From an uncultured candidatus Brocadiaceae bacterium (GTDB taxonomy: Bacteria; Planctomycetota; UBA1135; UBA2386), in NCBI GenBank assembly GCA_964469555.1, contig CAYYAQ010000002.1, forward strand, positions 1,842 through 65,841: a stretch of 64,000 nucleotides of DNA, given 5' to 3'. Both the position numbers and the translations under genes were made by a program. Below, piece after piece: positions 55,389 to 64,000 of this stretch (position 1 is the stretch's first letter; each line of letters starts with the position of its first letter). The notes under the pieces were generated by a model that saw only the letters and a program-made list of their open reading frames with translations, ran no database searches and had not been told where the DNA came from.

Positions 55389-55754
55389 CTACTTCGCTTC
55401 GAGGATCTCGATGTCGTACCCGTCGGGATCCCTGACGAAGATGTAGTTCGAGCTCGCCTCGGGCTTGCTGCGCCGGTACCACCAGCCGCGCTCCTCGACT
55501 TGCCCAACGATCGGCTCGAGGTCATCCACATGGAAGGCGAGGTGGCCGAACTGATTGCCAAGCTCGTAGTCGCGGTCGTCGTGGTTGTGGGTCAGCTCGA
55601 TGTGGTAGTTTCCGGATTCATCGGTGAGGAACACCAGAGTCGCCTCGTCGCCGATCGTCTTCCGGCGCACTTCTCGCATGCCCAGGAATTCGGTATAGAA
55701 AGCCAGAGTCGCGTCGAGGTTCTTAACACGGATCATCGTGTGGGCGAGCTTCAT
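55389..55754 (-). CDS. gloA: lactoylglutathione lyase-like VOC protein
   Basis: 121 aa. Contains LAHTMIRVKNLDATLAFYTEFLGM, HIELTHN, FGHLAF and DPDGYDIEI. Confidence 0.8.
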   Translation of the reverse strand: MKLAHTMIRVKNLDATLAFYTEFLGMREVRRKTIGDEATLVFLTDESGNYHIELTHNHDDRDYELGNQFGHLAFHVDDLEPIVGQVEERGWWYRRSKPEASSNYIFVRDPDGYDIEILEAK

Positions 55755-55777
55755 GCACCTATAGTATAGGCGCAGCG

Positions 55778-56254
55778 ATGACGAACGAGACGGAAGACCA
55801 GGCTCTCCAGGACAGGTTCGCGCCGACGAACGGGTGCTTCGGGTGCGGCCCAGCGAACGAAAAGGGGTTGCGCATCAGGAGCTTCGTCCGCGCCGACGAG
55901 GTCGTGTGCGAATGGCGCGCAAAGCCCCACCACCAGGCATTCCCGGGAATGGTAAACGGCGGTATCTGCGGTGCGCTGCTCGACTGTCACAGCAACTGGA
56001 CTGCCGCCTGGCACCTGATGCGAGAGAACTCGCTCGACGCGCCGCCGTGCACGGTGACCGCGGAGTTCACCGTGAAGCTGATGGCGCCGACGCCGCTCGA
56101 CCAATTGCTCACGATCCGCGCTCGCGTCACGGAATCGTCCAGGCGAATGGCGATCGTCGAGGCGACGATCGAAGCGAACGGCACAGTGACCTGCACGTGT
56201 CGCGGCGTCTTCATCGCTGTTCAGGAAGGACACCCCGCTTTCAATCGCTGGTAG
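55778..56254 (+). CDS. PaaI-family hotdog-fold thioesterase
   Basis: Contains CFGCGPANEKGLRI, GMVNGGICGALLDC and a hotdog core pattern. Confidence 0.8.
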   Translation: MTNETEDQALQDRFAPTNGCFGCGPANEKGLRIRSFVRADEVVCEWRAKPHHQAFPGMVNGGICGALLDCHSNWTAAWHLMRENSLDAPPCTVTAEFTVKLMAPTPLDQLLTIRARVTESSRRMAIVEATIEANGTVTCTCRGVFIAVQEGHPAFNRW

Positions 56255-56332
56255 ACGCATCGATGATGAAGCGCACAGGGGGGACCTGACTCGCCGGAGG
56301 TGAATCTCGACGCGTTGAGGGTTTAGTGGGTC

Positions 56333-56551
56333 GTGTTCATGCCCGTCCTGCTCGTGACGATACTCATGGCGATGTTGGGGCCAGCCAAACTCGGTTGGAC
56401 GTTCGGCATCGTCTACGGCAGTGGCGCGGTGGCGATGTTCTGGTTGGTGTGCGGGGGCTCCGTCAGGTTGGGGCGAGTGGTCCGCGTCATCATCCCTCCG
56501 GACGAGCGGGGCGCGCGCTCCCAACTCGGCATGCCCGACAAGGACTGGTAG
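56333..56551 (+). CDS. small two-TM membrane protein (hypothetical)
   Basis: 72 aa with two hydrophobic helices. Only weak support (GTG start, no homolog recognised). Confidence 0.3.
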   Translation: MFMPVLLVTILMAMLGPAKLGWTFGIVYGSGAVAMFWLVCGGSVRLGRVVRVIIPPDERGARSQLGMPDKDW

Positions 56552-56618
56552 AAAGTGCGCCATCTTCTCCGCGGGAACTGGTTCCCCCGGGGGAGATGCG
56601 ATGGCTATCTCTTAGTCT

Positions 56619-57485
56619 TTGCGCACTGTGAGAATCCAGAAAGCAGTCATCACCGCCGCGGGTCCAACGCAACGATCGCTTCCCCTGCAGACCCTCGTCG
56701 ATCGCGACGGCACAGAAAAGTCCGCACTCGCGATCATTCTCGAGGAAGCGCAGAGCGCCAACATCGAGGACGTGTGCGTCATCGTACACCCGGGAGACGA
56801 AGAGGCCTACGCCGCGGCGCTCTCGACCTCGGCACTCCGCATCACCTACACCCCACAGGACGCGCCGCGCGGCTACGGACACGCGCTCTTCTGCGCCCGG
56901 GAGTTCGTCGGTGACGACCCGTTCCTCCACTTCGTCAGTGATCACCTCTACGTCGGCCACGGCGAGAAGACCTGCGCACAGGAACTCGTCACCGTGGCGG
57001 AGAGGGAGTCGGCCGCGGTCTCCGCCGTGCAGGCGACGCGCGAGAGCATGCTCCCCTACTACGGCGCCGTCGGCGGCCAACGCGTCCCGAACCGCAACGA
57101 CATCTACGCCGTCCAACACGTGGTCGAGAAACCGACCCCCACCCAAGCGGAGCAGGACCTGCTCGTGCCGGGACTGCGCGCGGGCCACTACCTGTGTCTG
57201 TTCGGAATGCACTCGCTCACCCCGACCGTCATGGATCTTCTCGCCGAGGACGTCGAGGCCGCCGGTGATTCGCAGGTCAACCTCGCGGGCGCGCTCGCGC
57301 GGCTCGCCAACAAGGAACGCTACCTCGCGTTCGAAGTACCCGGTCGCCGCTACAACATCGGCGTGAAGTACGGACTCCTCAACGCCCAGCTTGCCCTCGC
57401 GCTCAGCGGCGTCGATCGCATGGAAGTTCTCACACAACTCGTCGAACTCCTCGCCACGCGCGAAATCACCGCGAACGCCGACTGA
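56619..57485 (+). CDS. sugar-1-phosphate nucleotidyltransferase (GalU-like)
   Basis: KAVITAAGPTQRSLPLQTLVDRDG at the N-terminus, plus PRGYGHAL. Length fits GalU/NTP-transferase. The start may be GTG 56628. Confidence 0.75.
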   Translation: MRTVRIQKAVITAAGPTQRSLPLQTLVDRDGTEKSALAIILEEAQSANIEDVCVIVHPGDEEAYAAALSTSALRITYTPQDAPRGYGHALFCAREFVGDDPFLHFVSDHLYVGHGEKTCAQELVTVAERESAAVSAVQATRESMLPYYGAVGGQRVPNRNDIYAVQHVVEKPTPTQAEQDLLVPGLRAGHYLCLFGMHSLTPTVMDLLAEDVEAAGDSQVNLAGALARLANKERYLAFEVPGRRYNIGVKYGLLNAQLALALSGVDRMEVLTQLVELLATREITANAD

Positions 57486-57493
57486 CGCCCACG

Positions 57494-60400
57494 ATGACGA
57501 GCCGCCTGATCGCGATCATCGAGTCCGCCGACCCAGCGGTCCGCAACACGCCCCTCGAACGCGTGTGTCAGGATGCCACGGTGTCCGAGCTCCTCGAAGA
57601 GTGCAAAGCCCTCGACCGATTCCGGCACACGAGCGACAACCTCTACTACCGCGTCCGCGCTCTGTTCTTCCTCTACGCGATCCACCGGTTCCATCTGCCG
57701 CGCTGCCCTGATCTCGAGAGACGCGGTCTGATCCCGTTCGACGGATACAACCAACTCCTGTCCCGCCGGTTCGAAGAGGCCATCGCCCTGTTCCTCACGC
57801 AGCTTGACTCGCACGGACCCAGCGACGCGATATCGAGCGCACTCAGCGTGGCCTATCACCAGCTCGGATTTCAAACCCTCGCCGACCAGGTGCGCCGCAG
57901 CGTCCGCTCCGCCCGCGGCAACCAGTGGATGTTCCGCATCGGCCATCCGAAGGACCAACCGCTCCGCATCCGCCGGGAACTCCGCGCCCGCGAACACGAC
58001 GACGCACCGTATCCCCTGCTTCGCGAGCAGACGCCGGTCCGCATGGATCTCACGCACAGTGGATGGAGCGACATCTTCTTCCTCGGCATGGACTACCCGG
58101 AGGCCGCGAAGGTCCTGAACATCTCCGTCGACCTCACGGTTCGCGGGCGCGACGGCGCGCCGCAGCCGCCGATCGAGACGTTCTTTCGCGTCATCGACGA
58201 ACCACTGTTGCGACTGACGAGCGTCGACCTCGCCGCCACCGCCGACATCACCGAACTCGACGAAGTCTTCGACTACGCGAAGGACTACCTCGGCTTGCTC
58301 AAGGCGGCGGTGATCGCCGCCGGCATCGTCCCCCCAGGTGTCGAGGGGTCCGGCGAAAGCCTCGTCGATCTGCTGGCCAGGTTGACTGGTCGCGGACACG
58401 GCATCGAGCTCGTCAGTCACGTCCACGCCATCCCGAAAGGCTCGCGTCTCGCCGTGTCCACCAATCTGCTCGGATCCTTGATCGCGGTGTGCATGCGCGC
58501 GACGGGACAGACCGCGAGCATCGAAGGCGTCCTTCAGGAAAACGAACGCCGCATCGTCGCCGCCCGCGCAATTCTCGGCGAATGGCTCGGCGGTTCCGGC
58601 GGCGGGTGGCAGGACTCCGGCGGCGTGTGGCCCGGCATGAAACTGATCACCGGCCAACTCGCGGAAGAAGGCGATCCGGAGTTCAACATCAGCCGCGGTC
58701 GGTTGTTGCCGAGCCACCGCATCCTCGGCGACAAGGACGCGAGCGCGGAGGTACGACGCGAACTCCAGGACAGCATGGTGCTGGTTCACGGCGGCATGGC
58801 GCAGAACGTCGGCCCGGTCCTCGAGATGGTTACCGAGAAGTACCTGCTCCGCTCGGAAAAGGAATGGTCCAGCCGACAGGAAGCTCTCGACGTGTTGACG
58901 TCCATCCTCGACGCGCTTCGCACCGGCGACGTGCCGACGATCGGCGCGGCGACGACCCGCAACTTCGAAGGACCGATTCAGGGCATCATCCCGTGGGCGT
59001 CCAACGAGTTCACGGAGCGCATCATTCGCGAGATTCGCGAGCGACACGGCGATAACTACCTCGGGTTCACCATGCTCGGCGGCATGTCCGGCGGCGGCAT
59101 GGGGTTCATGTTCAAACCGGAGGTCCGCCTCGCCGCGCAGGACGACTTGCTCGAGATCATGATCGCAGCGAAGAACGACCTGCAGAGCGGGTTGCCGTTC
59201 GCCATGGATCCGGTCGTCTACGACTTCGAGATCAACGACAGCGGGACCCGGTGCTCGATCCTCCGCGGCAGCGACGCGCTCCTCCCGGCGGAGTACTACA
59301 CGCTCACAGTCCCCGGCCTGCTCCGCGTCGGTCGACGCGCGCTGCCCGCGGCACGGCGCGCGGAGCTCGACCGCTTCGGCAACGCGTGCCGCAACCGGAG
59401 CGAACTGCAATGGGTGGTCCCCGCACTGTTCGACCGGTTGTTCCCTCGATTACGCGGACGCGACAAGGAGAACACCTCGCTCGCGCAACTTCTGAAGGAG
59501 GGCGGGTTCGACACGAGCTTGCACGAAGAGATCCGGACGGACCTTCGCGAAGGTCGCATCGGTCTCGCGCAAAACCGGCTGCCCAGCAACACCGACATCC
59601 GCGACACCAAGGGTGAGCAGGTGATCAACACGCTGGGCGGGTTGCCGGCGTCAGATCGAAAGAAGGGCGAGGCGGCCCTCGCCGCCGGCGAAGTCGCCGT
59701 GGTCACGCTGGCCGCTGGTGCCGGAAGCCGTTGGACGCAGGGCGCGGGAGTGGTCAAGGCGCTGAACCCGTTCTGTCGACTCGCCGGCAAACACCGGACA
59801 TTCCTCGAGGTGCATCTGGCGAAAAGCCGCCGCTCGAGTCGCGCGAGCGGCCAGATGCCTCTACACGTGATCACGACGAGCTACTTCACGCACGGTCCGA
59901 TCGCGAAGCATCTCGAAAACCGAGACCACTACGGATTCCGTGAACACCTCCGACTCTCTCCGGGCCGCACCGTCGGACTCCGGATGGTGCCGATGGAACG
60001 CGATCTGCGATTCGCCTGGGAAGAGATGCCGCAGCAGAGGCTCGACGAGCAGGCGCAGAAGGTGCGCGACAGCCTGCACACAGCGCTGATCGGCTGGGCG
60101 CACGACAAGGGCGAAGCCAGCGACTACACCGACAACCTTCCGCTGCAGTGCATGCATCCTGTCGGCCATTGGTTCGAAGTACCGAACCTCCTGCGCAACG
60201 GCGTGATGCTCGGCATGCTCGAGCAGCGACCGCAGCTAAAGTACCTGCTGCTGCACAATATCGACACGCTCGGTGCGGATCTCGATCCGGCGCTGCTCGG
60301 GGCGCACATCAACCGCGGATCATGTTTGAGCTTCGAAGTCATTCCGCGGCGCATCGAGGATCGCGGCGGAGGACTCGCGAGCGTCGACGGTCGCCCCCGG

Positions 60401-60814
60401 TTGCTCGAAGGGCTCGCGATGCCGCGGGAAGAGGACGAATTCCGGTTGTCGTACTACAACTCGTTGACGACGTGGATCGAGATCGATTCACTCCTGGCCT
60501 ACATGGGCCTGACGCGAGGCGACCTCGACGACACCTGGAAGGTCGATCGTGCGGTGCGCAAGGCCAGCGCCAAGATGCCGACCTACATCACGCTCAAGGA
60601 AGTGAAGAAGCGGTGGGGCCACGGACAGGAAGACGTCTTTCCTGTGACGCAGTTCGAGAAGCTGTGGGGTGACATGTCGGCGATCACCGACATCGACTGC
60701 AGCTTCTTCGTCGTGCCCCGGTCGCGCGGCCAGCAACTGAAAGACCCGGATCAACTCGACGGTTGGTTGCGCGACGGTTCCGCCGCCCACATCGAGACGA
60801 TCTGCGAGTGGTGA
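57494..60814 (+). CDS. large fusion: N-terminal domain, GHMP-kinase-like region and C-terminal UDPGP-type (eukaryotic-like) NDP-sugar pyrophosphorylase
   Basis: 1106 aa. GHMP-like motifs: IPKGSRLAVSTNLLGSLIAV, GGSGGGWQDSGGVWPG and LGGMSGGGMGFMF. The C-terminal 450 aa contain VVTLAAGAGSRWTQGAGVVKALNPF and LLLHNIDTLGADLDP, typical of UDPGP/UAP-type enzymes. Confidence 0.8.
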   Translation: MTSRLIAIIESADPAVRNTPLERVCQDATVSELLEECKALDRFRHTSDNLYYRVRALFFLYAIHRFHLPRCPDLERRGLIPFDGYNQLLSRRFEEAIALFLTQLDSHGPSDAISSALSVAYHQLGFQTLADQVRRSVRSARGNQWMFRIGHPKDQPLRIRRELRAREHDDAPYPLLREQTPVRMDLTHSGWSDIFFLGMDYPEAAKVLNISVDLTVRGRDGAPQPPIETFFRVIDEPLLRLTSVDLAATADITELDEVFDYAKDYLGLLKAAVIAAGIVPPGVEGSGESLVDLLARLTGRGHGIELVSHVHAIPKGSRLAVSTNLLGSLIAVCMRATGQTASIEGVLQENERRIVAARAILGEWLGGSGGGWQDSGGVWPGMKLITGQLAEEGDPEFNISRGRLLPSHRILGDKDASAEVRRELQDSMVLVHGGMAQNVGPVLEMVTEKYLLRSEKEWSSRQEALDVLTSILDALRTGDVPTIGAATTRNFEGPIQGIIPWASNEFTERIIREIRERHGDNYLGFTMLGGMSGGGMGFMFKPEVRLAAQDDLLEIMIAAKNDLQSGLPFAMDPVVYDFEINDSGTRCSILRGSDALLPAEYYTLTVPGLLRVGRRALPAARRAELDRFGNACRNRSELQWVVPALFDRLFPRLRGRDKENTSLAQLLKEGGFDTSLHEEIRTDLREGRIGLAQNRLPSNTDIRDTKGEQVINTLGGLPASDRKKGEAALAAGEVAVVTLAAGAGSRWTQGAGVVKALNPFCRLAGKHRTFLEVHLAKSRRSSRASGQMPLHVITTSYFTHGPIAKHLENRDHYGFREHLRLSPGRTVGLRMVPMERDLRFAWEEMPQQRLDEQAQKVRDSLHTALIGWAHDKGEASDYTDNLPLQCMHPVGHWFEVPNLLRNGVMLGMLEQRPQLKYLLLHNIDTLGADLDPALLGAHINRGSCLSFEVIPRRIEDRGGGLASVDGRPRLLEGLAMPREEDEFRLSYYNSLTTWIEIDSLLAYMGLTRGDLDDTWKVDRAVRKASAKMPTYITLKEVKKRWGHGQEDVFPVTQFEKLWGDMSAITDIDCSFFVVPRSRGQQLKDPDQLDGWLRDGSAAHIETICEW

Positions 60815-60924
60815 GGCGGGTCTCCGGAACGATGATTTGGCCACGGCTCGTAGGGAGCTCCCTGCAGCATGATCGCATGGTATGTCCGCCCTGGATTCAA
60901 GCGCACGGGCCCCTCGGGTCTTGC

Positions 60925-61515
60925 CTACCGCTTGACCTTGTCCTTCGATTTCTTGGCCGCCTTGCCGCGGGCACTCTCGCCGTAGCGAAGCTCGACCATC
61001 GAGAGCCCCTCGCCCATGAACGTCATGACGAACAACCGGTCGTGCACGTCGTCGACGATCAACCCGCGCCGCGTGAGGCCGGTGACCTTGCCGCCGAGCT
61101 TCGCGATCAGGGGCGGCAGCGTGTTGCTGTGACCGGCGACTACGGCTACCGAACCGGTCGGTAGCGCGCGAATCGCGGCGGCCTGCTTGTCAGGCTTCGG
61201 CGAAGAGATGAGTTCGACCTTCAGTCCCGCAGCCTTCGCGAGCGGAGCGATGGTCCCACGCGTGCGCGGGTAGTCTGTCGAAAACACGTGGGTGATTCCG
61301 GTCGAACCGAGCAATCGCTGCAGCGCCTTGGCGCGCTTCTCGCCTTCGGGAGCCAGGAGTCGTTTCGGACGCGGGCCCGTCTCCGCGTGGCGCACGAAGA
61401 AGACAGTGACGGGCTTCGCCGTTTGCAGGCTGGTGGTGTTCTCCCGCCGCAGATCTCCGGCGACGAACGCGAGGGCAGCGACGGCGCCGACGACAATGTG
61501 TTGGTAGTGCTTCAT
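60925..61515 (-). CDS. histidine phosphatase (phosphoglycerate-mutase-like/SixA-like) with signal anchor
   Basis: Contains VFFVRHAETG (RHG motif) and VVAGHSNTL. Lys-rich tail. Confidence 0.75.
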   Translation of the reverse strand: MKHYQHIVVGAVAALAFVAGDLRRENTTSLQTAKPVTVFFVRHAETGPRPKRLLAPEGEKRAKALQRLLGSTGITHVFSTDYPRTRGTIAPLAKAAGLKVELISSPKPDKQAAAIRALPTGSVAVVAGHSNTLPPLIAKLGGKVTGLTRRGLIVDDVHDRLFVMTFMGEGLSMVELRYGESARGKAAKKSKDKVKR

Positions 61516-61674
61516 GATTCACCGGGTTCGAAGCGGAGGACTATACCTTCACGACCCGCGTAACTCTGGTAGTAGGGCCAAGGTGTCGCGCCCTGTATCG
61601 GGATCGTCCCGATCCGACCAGCGCGCGCCGCCTGGGCAGAGGCGCATCCGTGGATAATCAAGTACGTTCCGCAC

Positions 61675-63252
61675 ATGTGCAACCTCACGCCCCTCGTGCT
61701 CACGATTCTCGCCCCCCTCGTCTCAGCGCAGCAGGACAAACTCGACGACGGCATCCCCGCTGGCGATGGAAACGTCGCCGTGTTCGTGCGGATGACCGAC
61801 CAGATCCTGAAGAGCGGTGCAGACTACGGCGCGTACTGCACGAAACACAAGAACATCAAGCGGCGCGAACACCGCGTCGAAGTAATCAAGACGCTGAGGG
61901 CGAAGAGCGACGCGTCGTGGAAGAGTCTCGAGAAACTCCTGGGCGAGTTGGCCGACGACATCAAGTTCGTCCAGCGTTACTGGGTCGTCAATGGTTTCGC
62001 TTGTCTCGCAACGGGTGAGGCTTGCCACAAACTGGCGAAGAACGCAAACGTGTCGTTCGTCTACCGGCAACCCCGCAACCTCCCCGCCCTGCACAACGCA
62101 CCGCAGCGCGGACGGAGGGTCAGACAACCAAACCAGGGGGCGGGGAACAAACTACTCGCGAAGAAGGCGCTCGCGCTTCTCGAAGAGGGTGCCAAGGCGA
62201 AGTTCCCGCCGTTCGACAAACTGCAACCGACGTGGAATATCACGCAGATCAAGGCAGTGGACGCGTGGAAGACCGGGGCGTTCGGTCAGGGAATCACGGC
62301 GGCCTTGATTGATTCAGGTCTCGTCGTGACACCGGCGTTGTCGAGCGCGTTGTGGCGGAACGAGAAGGAAGAACTCAACGGCAAGGATGACGACGGCAAC
62401 GGATTCATCGACGACCTGTTTGGGTACGACTTCAACTCGAACACTGGAATCAGCATCGGCGAGCCGGGACGGTGTCACGGTTCGATGTGCGGCGGGATCA
62501 TCGCGGGGCGACCGATAGAGGTCGACGGCAAGTACCTGGTCACAGGTGTCGCGCCGAAGTCGCGGTTGATGGTGATCCGCGGCATGGGACTGATCAAGTC
62601 ATACGAATACGCCCTCGCCAACGGCGCCGACATCGTCTCGATGAGCTACATGTGGAACATGCAACTCGGAAACTGGCGCGGTATCTATCGACTGGCGCAC
62701 GAGCACATGACGATTGCCGGTGTCGTGTCTGCCGGAGGTTCGGGGAACTCCGGAAGGGCTCCGCGCAGCAGGCAAATCGGACTGCCGAAGGACATCCCAT
62801 GCGTCATCGCGGCTTCTGGCCTCGACCAGAACAACAAGATGCCGGCGTTCAGTAGCAAGGGGCCGTGCACATGGGACGGAGTGAAGTTCTACGACGACTT
62901 CCCCGAGGACAAGCCATTGATGAAGCCGGACGTGACGACGTTCATCACCGGATACCCGGTTTGGACCGACCTTCGTCGCGCCATGCGCGGTTGGAGAAAG
63001 GTCCACGACGCGGGCGACAACGTGGGCCTCGTCGTCGGCCCGCAAGGCAATTCACTCTCCGGCCCGCACGCCGGTGCCGTCGCTGCACTGATGCTCTCCG
63101 CCAACCCGGACCTCCCCGCGTGGCGGGTCAAGGAACTGATGATGGCCACCTGCAAGAACCTCGGGAAGATCGGGCACGACACCAAGTTCGGCGCCGGCGC
63201 AGTCAACGCCCTAGCTGCCGTCAACGCCGCCCGCGCTGCGAAGACGCAGTAG
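61675..63252 (+). CDS. secreted subtilisin-like serine protease (S8)
   Basis: Signal peptide. Catalytic contexts are AALIDSG (Asp), CHGSMCGGIIAG (His) and GNSLSGPHAGAVAAL (Ser). Also has the DDDGNGFIDD motif. Confidence 0.9.
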   Translation: MCNLTPLVLTILAPLVSAQQDKLDDGIPAGDGNVAVFVRMTDQILKSGADYGAYCTKHKNIKRREHRVEVIKTLRAKSDASWKSLEKLLGELADDIKFVQRYWVVNGFACLATGEACHKLAKNANVSFVYRQPRNLPALHNAPQRGRRVRQPNQGAGNKLLAKKALALLEEGAKAKFPPFDKLQPTWNITQIKAVDAWKTGAFGQGITAALIDSGLVVTPALSSALWRNEKEELNGKDDDGNGFIDDLFGYDFNSNTGISIGEPGRCHGSMCGGIIAGRPIEVDGKYLVTGVAPKSRLMVIRGMGLIKSYEYALANGADIVSMSYMWNMQLGNWRGIYRLAHEHMTIAGVVSAGGSGNSGRAPRSRQIGLPKDIPCVIAASGLDQNNKMPAFSSKGPCTWDGVKFYDDFPEDKPLMKPDVTTFITGYPVWTDLRRAMRGWRKVHDAGDNVGLVVGPQGNSLSGPHAGAVAALMLSANPDLPAWRVKELMMATCKNLGKIGHDTKFGAGAVNALAAVNAARAAKTQ

Positions 63253-63253
63253 C

Positions 63254-63376
63254 TCACAAGAGCGCGAGGCGCACGTTGTCGCGCAGCGCGTCGGACGTCT
63301 CCCTCGTCTCGAACCAGCGCCACAGCTCCGGATCCCGACCCCGGAAGTGGTCGCGCACCGCGCGGTGGTACGGCAT
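63254..63376 (-). pseudogene. 40-codon N-terminal remnant of an unidentified gene, cut off 2 nt from the S8 protease stop
   Basis: MPYHRAVRDHFRGRDPELWRWFETRETSDALRDNVRLALL* looks like a genuine protein N-terminus. It stops immediately at the boundary with the convergent gene. Confidence 0.35.
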
Positions 63377-63656
63377 CGAGGTCTGGAGTTCACGTGGTCT
63401 CGCACTGGGCGAAATCTCTGAGTTCGATGCGGGGATCCCTGGTGTCAGCGGCGTCGACATGGACCAACCCATGATGCGCACAGACGCACTTCGATTCCAC
63501 CGCTCGGAGTCTCGGAACGGGTTGCTCCCGCGCGCATCTGGAGTTACGGGTGGCGGTGATCCTCCGCAGGATCGACCTCTCCTTTTTGCGGTGACGGGCA
63601 CCGGTCGGCGGACTATCTGAGCCGGCCCCCACCCCTTACTCGCACAAGAAGGTACC

Positions 63657-64000
63657 TTGAAGAAGCCAACCCCGGAAGGGTTTACTCTCATCGAATTGAT
63701 GGTCGTCATCACGATCATCGCGTTGCTCTCAGTCTCACTAATCGGCCCGATCAACAACGTGTTGCTCGCCGCAAAGAAGACCGCAGACACTGCGAATCTG
63801 CACTGGCACTACAGCGTCCTGCGATCCTACGAGCTTCGTCACAAGAGGCTGCCGACACCAGGCGGTCACAAGTTCGTCCTCGCGCCGTGGATTAGCGGCA
63901 CCGTGGAGCACACCGAGGCCAACCGCGACCGCTACTTCTCGAAGGCCCTCGACAGCGACGCACACGTCATCGACCTGATGGACGAATCAGAAGACGGCAT
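63657..64000 (+). CDS. prepilin-type N-terminal cleavage/methylation domain protein (pseudopilin-like), 3' partial
   Basis: TTG start, then KKPTPEGFTLIELMVVITIIALLS (class III signal). The frame is open to the window end, so it is not in the ORF track. Confidence 0.75.
   Translation, partial: MKKPTPEGFTLIELMVVITIIALLSVSLIGPINNVLLAAKKTADTANLHWHYSVLRSYELRHKRLPTPGGHKFVLAPWISGTVEHTEANRDRYFSKALDSDAHVIDLMDESEDG

Noticed and set aside
1-64000. Search by eye for CRISPR arrays, rRNA/tRNA genes, transposases, integrases, toxin-antitoxin or known defence genes.
   Set aside because: I found no spaced direct repeats, no RNA gene signatures and no recombinase-like ORFs. Absence is by inspection only, not by computation.

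Overview
GC-rich (roughly two-thirds G+C by eye, not computed) bacterial chromosomal window. The gene content resembles PVC/planctomycete-like genomes: Cys-type sulfatases, DUF1573, BNR/sortilin repeats, an ECF sigma, a prepilin-type N-terminus (inference only). I support about 55 protein genes plus about 10 gene remnants. I recognised no rRNA, tRNA, CRISPR array, transposase or integrase. Ordinary content: amtB, L-lactate permease, LsrF-like aldolase, OtsA-OtsB fusion with a divergent GH15, GltB, a phosphonoacetate pathway (phnA-phnY-ADH), two sulfatases, an NSS transporter coupled to an enolase-superfamily enzyme, and an S8 protease. Most interesting: (1) a five-gene translationally coupled operon of a GcvH-like carrier, a lipoate-protein ligase and three radical-SAM enzymes (35.7-40.4 kb). 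(2) A second operon of tusA, a second lipoate ligase, dsrE-like, DUF1573 and membrane proteins (23.0-26.0 kb), with no sHdr or glycine-cleavage partner in the window. (3) An ApbE / porin / FMN-binding / His-rich 4-TM operon (9.6-13.0 kb) next to a further orphan GcvH-like gene. (4) A 1237-aa ECF sigma fused to a membrane anchor and a very large extracytoplasmic domain. (5) A perfect 74-bp inverted repeat 11.4 kb apart, one copy of which truncates glnK. (6) A dense trail of truncated, frameshifted or chimeric gene remnants, several absent from the ORF track because they lack start codons. All family calls come from motif recognition by eye; no searches were run.
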